This document shows positions 47,385-55,500 of a stretch of DNA of 64,000 nucleotides, piece after piece. Under the pieces are notes generated by a model. That model did no database searches, was not told the DNA's origin, and saw only the letters and a program-made list of their open reading frames with translations. The position numbers and the translations under genes were made by a program. Location: sequence record ON287370.1; one strand, 5' to 3'. Within the stretch, counting starts at the first letter, position 1. The number at the start of each line of letters is the position of its first letter.

Positions 47385-48194
47385 TTAACTATTTAAATCG
47401 TTATATCCGACATACTTGCTGGTGTTGGCAATAGCTTGAGCTAGCTGCTTACCCCAGAGGTTGTCTTCGAATGGACTAACGATAGGTGCAGTAATTTTGG
47501 CAATCTGGAAGCGGCGTACTTCTTTCTCATAGAAGCTACGTTCACGCTTGACAAGATAATCCATATACAAACGGAATTCACGGGCAGTTCTTACTTGGCC
47601 ATTCGGTTTGTAATACATACTCCAATTACCCTTGGTAATCCGGAGTATCTGATTTACAGGTTTATTGCTATTAGAATTGATAACAGCAAGTGCTCCACCA
47701 GTACCAACCAAATGGCTCATATAAAGATCACCTATGCGGACTGTCTTGTCGGTTAGATGTGATTTTTCTATGAGTAATTGTTTAACGTTGTATAGGGCGG
47801 TTGCACCAATAAGTAGATTAGCTCTTGGATTAGTGACTTGGACGGTAGCGGGTAGACCAAGTTGTTTGGCGTACAATTTACGGTCCTGTTTCCAAGTTGA
47901 GCGGGTGTATTGCATTACACCATTCGCAGAAGAATACTGCGATTTAACATTGGGACGTAAAGTAGATTCAATACTTGATATGGCTACTAAATCAACCATA
48001 TCGAACCCACTCACTTTAGAAGCTTCATAAAGATGCTCTTTCAAACCATCAAAACGTTTCATCACTACTTTAGTGGTGTACTCGTTTGGATTAGCTCCGA
48101 CAGATGCATGTGCAGTCGAAACAGTGGAGATCCATACAAGTGACATGAGCAAGATAAATATGCTCATTAGGCTGCTCTGGGTCTTACTGTTCAT
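47385..48194 (-). CDS. Lytic transglycosylase (SLT, phiKZ gp144-like catalytic domain) with N-terminal signal peptide
   Basis: AISSIES (catalytic Glu), SSANGVMQY...TW, PRANLLIGA and LYMSHLVGTGGA motifs. A hydrophobic N-terminus ends in AHA-S. Confidence 0.8.
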   Translation of the reverse strand: MNSKTQSSLMSIFILLMSLVWISTVSTAHASVGANPNEYTTKVVMKRFDGLKEHLYEASKVSGFDMVDLVAISSIESTLRPNVKSQYSSANGVMQYTRSTWKQDRKLYAKQLGLPATVQVTNPRANLLIGATALYNVKQLLIEKSHLTDKTVRIGDLYMSHLVGTGGALAVINSNSNKPVNQILRITKGNWSMYYKPNGQVRTAREFRLYMDYLVKRERSFYEKEVRRFQIAKITAPIVSPFEDNLWGKQLAQAIANTSKYVGYNDLNS

Positions 48195-48240
48195 TTTGTT
48201 ACCTATAAGTTTAATTAAATAGAATAAAAGATTATACTTT

Positions 48241-48256
48241 TACATGATGATAATAT
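48241..48256 (-). promoter_or_regulatory. Putative phage RNAP promoter, ATATTATC-N4-TGTA (copy 3)
   Basis: The - strand reads AGATATTATCATCATGTA upstream of the transglycosylase gene. Confidence 0.6.
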
Positions 48257-48366
48257 CTGCCTGAAAATATGTGACAGTAATAAAGTTATACAACCGTTTT
48301 AGACGGTGTATACGCTGTGTGTTAGCAAAGTATTGAAACAAACAATAAAAGATATTACCTAAACCC

Positions 48367-48398
48367 CAGACCTCTTAGGCTTTCGCCTAGGAAGTCTG
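48367..48398 (-). terminator. GAAA-tetraloop hairpin terminator
   Basis: The - strand reads CAGACTTCCTAGGC-GAAA-GCCTAAGAGGTCTG, after the stop at 48412. Confidence 0.7.
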
Positions 48399-48411
48399 AG
48401 GAGGTATTCCA

Positions 48412-48966
48412 TTAAATAACTTTAGCGTCACGCCATTCCAGATCCAGAATCAGACCCAGGACTTCCATGCCTTCACGATCGTAAGTTGCAGAGCTGGAGA
48501 ATTCCAGAGCACGAGTTGCACGATCATAACGGAGTTTGATTGGAATGTTCAGGACCTTAACATCCCCAAGATCAATCTTCTCACCATCCTGCCCAATCCC
48601 GATACCTTCACTAACATCAACGGTAACATGACCATCCAGTCCCCATTGCGCAGCATTCAACTTTTCCAGCTTAGTTGCGACACTAGAAACATTAACATTC
48701 TTCCAGTAACCGTCTTTATCTTTAATACCAATCATAATCTCGTCGATCATCATGGTATCTGGATTAGGTTCTTCAGTTACTGTAAAGTAAACGTTTTCAG
48801 GTTTACACAACTTAGCCAGGTTTTTGATCTTACCTGGTTTCAGATAACTGGTTTCCTCACCGCTGGTATAACCTTCAGCATCAACAATATCCCACGCCTG
48901 GCAGATAGAAGGATGGATGAACAGATCACGGGTAGCTTGATTGCAAATTGGGAATAAACGTTTCAC
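48412..48966 (-). CDS. Hypothetical protein
   Basis: 184-aa ORF with GTG start and an AAGGAA SD. Confidence 0.6.
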   Translation of the reverse strand: MKRLFPICNQATRDLFIHPSICQAWDIVDAEGYTSGEETSYLKPGKIKNLAKLCKPENVYFTVTEEPNPDTMMIDEIMIGIKDKDGYWKNVNVSSVATKLEKLNAAQWGLDGHVTVDVSEGIGIGQDGEKIDLGDVKVLNIPIKLRYDRATRALEFSSSATYDREGMEVLGLILDLEWRDAKVI

Positions 48967-49003
48967 TTATTTTCCTTAGTAATGTAAAACCCCATTGCTG
49001 GGG

Positions 49004-51484
49004 TTATTTGATAATTGATTTCTTATTCACTTCAAATCCGATTCTTAACCCTTCGGTATTTAAAGCAATAAAGTTTGCAGTCTGGACTGCTGCAGATATT
49101 TCTTTATGACTATGAGAAATCATAAATGTCTGAGGGAACTTATCGAGACGTATCTGCTCAGCAATGTAGGCATTAAAACGACCACGGTGAAGTTCGTCAA
49201 ACGCAACACCTACTTCATCCATCATCAGAGGTAAACAACTACGATCGCCTAAGTAACGGTGTAGAACAACACGGAACGCGAAGTTAATGATCTCACGTTC
49301 ACCACCACTACAGTTACCAATGTCCTTATTAGGCTTATCAGAACTACCAGTGAGTACAGGGAAGTTATAGTTCAAATCCACATCTTCATCTGACGTACTG
49401 GTTGAACAGTTGAGCACATGTAAACGGTTAGTCCAGATAGGTTGAATGATTGCATTGACGTTGGCAATAACTGACTTAAGGAAGTCATTCATCAAGTAAC
49501 CAATCAGACCTTTGACAGGAGATAGTCCATCGAGTAATAAAGCAGTATGCTTTTCACGACGCTCCATATCTGCAATGTTTTCTTTGATAGAAGCGATAAC
49601 AGAGTTTAAGGATTCAGCACGAATAAGACCGGAGATTAATTGGTCTTTACGAGGAGTCAAATCTTGAATGATTTCTTCTACTCGTACTTTAATTCTCCAC
49701 TGACCATTTTCGATTAACTTAGATTCCAGTTCCTGAATCAAGTAACCAAGTCTGTCTCTTTTCTGGACATCGAGTTCGATAATGTCGAGCTGTCTGTCGT
49801 AGTCAGCAATCTCATTGAGGACTCTGCGAACTGAACGTTGGACTGAACCCAGTTCACGTTCCACAAACTGTGCCCTCTTGAAGAGTGTTTCGACATCGCT
49901 ACTTTCCAAAAACGATATCTGCTTCTGGACATTATCATTCTCTTCTTTGAGGATAAGAAGTGTCTTCGAGACCTCGCCATAATCCATCGTGCTCCGAATA
50001 AGATCGATAAGAACGCTAATATCAGCTTTCCCAATGCGATACTCGGAAATCATGCTGATGATTAACTGCGGGTTATAGAAACGACGTGCATATCGAGTCA
50101 GAGATCCCATTGACTCATACCAACCTTGGTTATCCTCTAACCACTCAGAGATTATTTTGATTTCCTTTTCAAGAATACCCTTACGTTCCTGTAAGATATT
50201 CCCCTCATTCCTAATTTGTTGAGGGTTTACTTTCTCCATTCCAACTTTAAAGCGAGTTGTGCATTTAGGACATTCTACTGAATCAGCTTTCTCGAAATGA
50301 TCTAACTGATGTTGAATGTCTGAAAGCTTACGACGAATAACTTGAAGTTCGTTGTCCAGTTCCTTAGCACGTTCCTGTTTGGACTGATACATCCCAGAAC
50401 TTATATTGGGATCGTTAGTTTTATTAACACTATGCAAGTAGTTAATTAACTCTGTACCAGACGCTTGGAACTTAGGATCGCTATAGACGTCCTTAAACAG
50501 CTCATGGTTGGCAAACTTACGTTCCAGTGATTCTAGCTCAGCCTGATTGATTTCAATCGCCCTGTTGTTGATAGAGAGACGATCTTTATATGTATCAAGG
50601 TTGTTATTAGCTAAATCTAAACCGGACAGTTGACTAGACAGTTCACCCAACAGTGAAGACAGTTTAATTTCACGTGTCTTGTAGTAGTCAAGTGTTGCCT
50701 CAGCATTAACCTTTAAAGTTAATAGAGAAGGTTTAGAATGTTTAACCTGAGTATGGGAGGACATCAAGAATGAAATGATATTACCGATATCGTCTTTGAT
50801 TCCACTCAATTCGTTACGATTAACATTCTGTAATGTCCCATGAATGATCAAAGCGTTCTTGATCTGATCATCCATTATTCTGATTTCTTCTTGTAACTTC
50901 TCAGGCTCCATAGAGGCTAGTTGAACCAAACGACCTTCTTCAACAGCTAAACGTTGGCGCTGAGTTTTCAAACCACCTTTTAATGCATTCAAGTTAGACT
51001 TAAGTTTGTCATATACTTTTAATGCATAAGAGGTATCATTGGGGTTGATACCCATCAGGAATTCTTTACGACGAGCGGCAGAAAGTGTGGTAAATAAATT
51101 ACGCACATCCAGGCCCGTGATAACTTCCTTGATGAACGGAGTTACACCAAAGTGAATCTTAACTAATTCACGTTGAACCAATAATGTGTTACCTTCATTA
51201 AGGTTTTTTCCATTATGAATAAAGAAGTGTTCAGAAGACTTACCAGTGGTTGATTTAACAATGTAAGTGTTCTTACCAACTACCGCATGTACTTCTTTAT
51301 AACCACCTGCAAGATAATCTGCGTTATCTGGAGGAAGCATGGTAAACTCACCCATTAAGGTTGTTTTACCAAAGCCATTTCTCCCCACGATGATATTGAA
51401 TATATCGCGAGTATCTAACTCAAGGTATGTTACGCCCTTTTTAGATAATGCAGCGTTATTCTTAATAATTAGCTTTGTAATCAT
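49004..51484 (-). CDS. sbcC: SbcC/Rad50-like SMC-family ATPase
   Basis: Walker A GRNGFGKT, long coiled coils with a CPKC zinc hook, signature CSGGERE, Walker B LMMDE and an H-loop ISH. Confidence 0.9.
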   Translation of the reverse strand: MITKLIIKNNAALSKKGVTYLELDTRDIFNIIVGRNGFGKTTLMGEFTMLPPDNADYLAGGYKEVHAVVGKNTYIVKSTTGKSSEHFFIHNGKNLNEGNTLLVQRELVKIHFGVTPFIKEVITGLDVRNLFTTLSAARRKEFLMGINPNDTSYALKVYDKLKSNLNALKGGLKTQRQRLAVEEGRLVQLASMEPEKLQEEIRIMDDQIKNALIIHGTLQNVNRNELSGIKDDIGNIISFLMSSHTQVKHSKPSLLTLKVNAEATLDYYKTREIKLSSLLGELSSQLSGLDLANNNLDTYKDRLSINNRAIEINQAELESLERKFANHELFKDVYSDPKFQASGTELINYLHSVNKTNDPNISSGMYQSKQERAKELDNELQVIRRKLSDIQHQLDHFEKADSVECPKCTTRFKVGMEKVNPQQIRNEGNILQERKGILEKEIKIISEWLEDNQGWYESMGSLTRYARRFYNPQLIISMISEYRIGKADISVLIDLIRSTMDYGEVSKTLLILKEENDNVQKQISFLESSDVETLFKRAQFVERELGSVQRSVRRVLNEIADYDRQLDIIELDVQKRDRLGYLIQELESKLIENGQWRIKVRVEEIIQDLTPRKDQLISGLIRAESLNSVIASIKENIADMERREKHTALLLDGLSPVKGLIGYLMNDFLKSVIANVNAIIQPIWTNRLHVLNCSTSTSDEDVDLNYNFPVLTGSSDKPNKDIGNCSGGEREIINFAFRVVLHRYLGDRSCLPLMMDEVGVAFDELHRGRFNAYIAEQIRLDKFPQTFMISHSHKEISAAVQTANFIALNTEGLRIGFEVNKKSIIK

Positions 51485-51505
51485 TGAAACCTCAAAGGGT
51501 CAATT

Positions 51506-52483
51506 ATGAATGTATTAGAATGCCTGGGTGTCGGCATTGTTGCGATGGATAAGGAAACTAATACCGATGAGATTCAAGTTTATATCCCATCAATGTTTCC
51601 TGAGGGTGACGGTGAAGTCACGACTCAAACCGAAACACAAACTGTAACAACCAAGACACCTACAGGAGATACCAGCTCCAGTACTACTTTAAGTTCTAAC
51701 ACAGTACCAGCAACTTGGATGCCAATTAACACCAACCGAGTGACTGCTCCTGATGTTCGAAATGGTAGTAAAGTAGTTGTCTATAAGTTTGTAGGACAAT
51801 CTAAATACCGTTGGACCTATTTTGGTATGGATGGTACCTTACGTCTTGAAACTGTAATCTATGCGTTCTCATCCTCTCCTAATGTTGATGCTAATGCTCC
51901 GGTAACACCGGATAACTATTACATATTCATGATATCTTCCCATAAAAAAATGATCCAGTTAGTTACTGGTCAGGGGAATGGAGAACCAACCTCTTATTGT
52001 CTATCTCTTGATACTGGCAATGGTCAATTCGGTATAGTTGATGGTGAGAATAACATTCTCTCTATTAACTCCATGGATCACGCTTTCTCATTTATCAATG
52101 AAGAGAAATCATTCCTAAATATCGAAAAGAAAAACATCACCATGTCTTGTGAAGATAGGATGTTGTTGAAAGGTAAGAACAATATCGATCTTCAGTGTAA
52201 AGAGCTTAAACTGAAAGCTGATGAAAGCATCAGTTTTGATACCAAGAAAACAACTTGGCTTTCCCCTGACATTTACATCAAAGGCAATATAGTTCACGAA
52301 GGTAATTATAACCAGAGCGGTAATTATACCCTTGAAGGTAATGCAGCTATTCAAGGTGGCTTTAGCCAGTTTGGTGGTAAAGGTGAAGTTGGTGGCGGTT
52401 GGACTATTGATGGTGTTAACTATCTTGGTCACAAACATTCTGCCGTTAAATCTGGCGGCGATACCTCAGGTCCTGTTGCATAA
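51506..52483 (+). CDS. Baseplate central spike / gpV-like protein
   Basis: OB-like N-terminus (W-x-P...TAPDVRNG), a beta-helical Gly-rich C-terminal part, and terminal HKH-x4-SGGDTSGP, the iron-binding H-x-H tip of P2 gpV-type spikes. Confidence 0.8.
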   Translation: MNVLECLGVGIVAMDKETNTDEIQVYIPSMFPEGDGEVTTQTETQTVTTKTPTGDTSSSTTLSSNTVPATWMPINTNRVTAPDVRNGSKVVVYKFVGQSKYRWTYFGMDGTLRLETVIYAFSSSPNVDANAPVTPDNYYIFMISSHKKMIQLVTGQGNGEPTSYCLSLDTGNGQFGIVDGENNILSINSMDHAFSFINEEKSFLNIEKKNITMSCEDRMLLKGKNNIDLQCKELKLKADESISFDTKKTTWLSPDIYIKGNIVHEGNYNQSGNYTLEGNAAIQGGFSQFGGKGEVGGGWTIDGVNYLGHKHSAVKSGGDTSGPVA

Positions 52484-52495
52484 AACAAACATAAC

Positions 52496-52523
52496 CCCTA
52501 CCCCTCCGAAAGGAAGGGTAGGG
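52496..52523. terminator. Bidirectional hairpin terminator between convergent genes
   Basis: CCCTACCCCTCC-GAAA-GGAAGGGTAGGG. Confidence 0.75.
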
Positions 52524-52532
52524 TCTTATGAC

Positions 52533-55500
52533 TTATAGTACAAAGTTAGGTTTTGGAGCAACCCAAGACGGAGTATTCGTGTCGAAGTTGGCGTGCTTGT
52601 TAACACGTTTCACATCCCACTTAGACAAGTCTTGGTTAAAGGACAACGCACCCATAAACATAGAAATCATGTCTGTGACAATACTCGTATCCCACGAACC
52701 GATTGGTTGGTTGAATTTAGCAGCGCCATTAAACATATCGTTCATGTTAACTGCTCGGCTAGTTTTCCAACTGGAGATATTCTTGTTAAAGGACACTGCA
52801 GATTTGAACATACCGGAGTAGTTGATACAGGTAGTTGTATCCCAGGTAGATAGATCAGCATCGAAAGCAGAGGCGTTATTAAACATGTCAGTGAATCTGA
52901 TCACATTCTTAACATTCCACCCGCCAATATCACCCTTGAAGTTAGTACAGTCCATGAACATTGAAGTCATGTCAGAAACCATACCAGTGTTCCAGTTACT
53001 AATGTCACCATTGAACATTGAACAACCTTTAAAAGCGCTAGTCATCAAGGTAACTTTAGATGTGTCCCATTTAGTCAGATTACAGTTGAAAGAAGGACAC
53101 CCTTCAAATGTACTAATCAAGTTAGTGATACGGTTAATCGTCCAGTTACTGATATCTGCTTCAAAAGCAGTACAATTCTGGAACATACCAGCGACACTAG
53201 TGAAATTCAACCCAGTCCATTTATCAAGACCAGTTCCTTTAAATACCGGACAGTCCTTAAACATTTTGGCTGTAAGGATGATACCATTCAGCCACTTGTT
53301 AAACTGCCATGTACTTAAATCTTGATTGAACTTAGTTGCACCTTCAAACATGGAACTAAAGTCTTCGCATTTCTCCCAGTTCAAATCTTTAACAGAACTG
53401 TTAAATGAGGTTGCACCATAGAACATGTTTTTGGCATATCTGACATTATTAACTTCCCACCCAGTGAGCGGTTGGTTAAACACGGTATTATTCTGGAACA
53501 TGCCTGTGAGATCGGCAGATAACCCCCAGGAACACCCTTCAACACTGGCATTGTATTTGCTTTCAGCAAACATTCTATTTGCTGCCCTAACAGATTTAGT
53601 ATTCCATTTACTAAGAGAGAACTTATTACCATTAGTGCCGAAAGCACCAGCTGTTTCAAACATGGAGTACATAGACGTGACAGAATCAGTGTTCCAAGCA
53701 GAAATATCAATATTGAATTTAGCTGCTTTCATAAATGCTTCAGACATGTCTACAATTTTAGATGTATCCCACATTGAAATATCTTGGTTGAAGACAATCG
53801 CAGCTCGGAACATGCCCTGGATGGTTTGGAGTGACTTAGTGTTCCATTTGTCAAACGGTTGGTTAAATACCGTAGTTTCGGAGAACATATAACGTGCGTA
53901 CAGGAGATTAGAGACATCCCAATCATTTACTGATTGGTTAAAGGCTTTACATGAAGTAAACATGTAAGCCATATTCTTAACTCTCGATACATTCCATTTA
54001 CCAATTGGCTGATTAAACAAGTTAGTATTCTTGAACGTACCTTCCATACTAATAACGTTAGATGTATCCCAATCAACAATGTCTGGATCATTGAAGTCTT
54101 TGGTAAATGCAAACATGTAGTTGAAGTCAATTCCATTTTTACCGGCTACACTATTGGCATCTGCAAACTTCCAACCTTTAACAGTAGAGTTGAATACCGA
54201 TGCATAGAACATAGTGTTAAAAGAAACACAACGAGTCCAAGTGATATTCGGCATTGGTTGATTAAAACCTTTGGCCTGTTGGAACATACCTGTTGCGTAT
54301 TTGATATTTTCAAAGTTCCAGTTGGTAAGTGGTTGGTTAAATGTAGGGGTACCTGAGAACATCCTAGTACAATCTACATCTACCGCCAATACCCAGTTAT
54401 CAACCTTAGCATTAAAGTTGGAGTCTTCGAACATCCCCCTCAGATTAACACAACTAGTTAGTTTCCAATTACTCAGATCTCCACTAGTCATGAATACCTT
54501 GGTCGCCGAGAACATGTCTTCAGCATTAGTAAGATGAGTAACCACCCACTTGGGAACACCTTTACCTGTGAATGCCTGAGCGTTCTTAAACATACCGGAA
54601 ACATCAGTGATCGTAGCCGTCAACCAGTTACTCATATCCCCATCAAACGCCGTTGTCCCTTTGAACATTTTAGATGCGCTTTGAAGACTGTTTGGTGAGT
54701 TGTTGCTAAAGTTCTGATTAAAGGCAAGTGCGCCTTCAAACATGGATTCCATGGTCAAGACTTTGTGGTAATTCCAATTACCGATTGGTTGGTTAAACTT
54801 CTTAGTCCCCATGAACATTTCTTTCATGGATTTGACGTTATTAACATCCCAGTTACTAATATCGACATTGAAGTTCGCAGCATTCTTGAATGTACCTTCC
54901 ATGCTACCGATGTTGGAAGTATCCCACTTCTCAATCCCTTTGTAAGTGGTACCGATTGCTCCTTCGAAAGTCCCATCCAGATCAAGAATATTCCCAGGTA
55001 ATTCTGCGGTAATAGTGAAATCAGTTGATCCTTTAAAATTCAACTTATTCACACTAGACCCTATCTCAACCAACTCAACCAGACCTTTACCCCATTTCAA
55101 CTCCAGGAGTCCAGAGATCTCTAAGGTTACGATACCAGTATAGGAACTAGGGATGTTGTAAACACCAGTTCCATTTGGCTGAACAGCTTGACCATTGATC
55201 TTGATAGCATTAGAACCAGACAGTGGAACAGCTCGACCTTGAGCGGTATCCCATTTAAGCGTTGTCCCTTTGATATTCAAGAAGAAGCGGTTGATAGGTT
55301 TGCCCTCACCATAGATACCCATAAAGGCGGGGAAGGATGACCCATAACCATAATAGTTCATTCGCAGACTATCGATGACCGGAAGTAGGGCATTACGCCA
55401 ACCTTCTTGATCATAGTGAGTGAACGTACTATCTTTCAAGAATCCGCACGGAACAACACCAGCATTCGGTTCAGTCTCGTAATTGTTAGGATTATATTTC

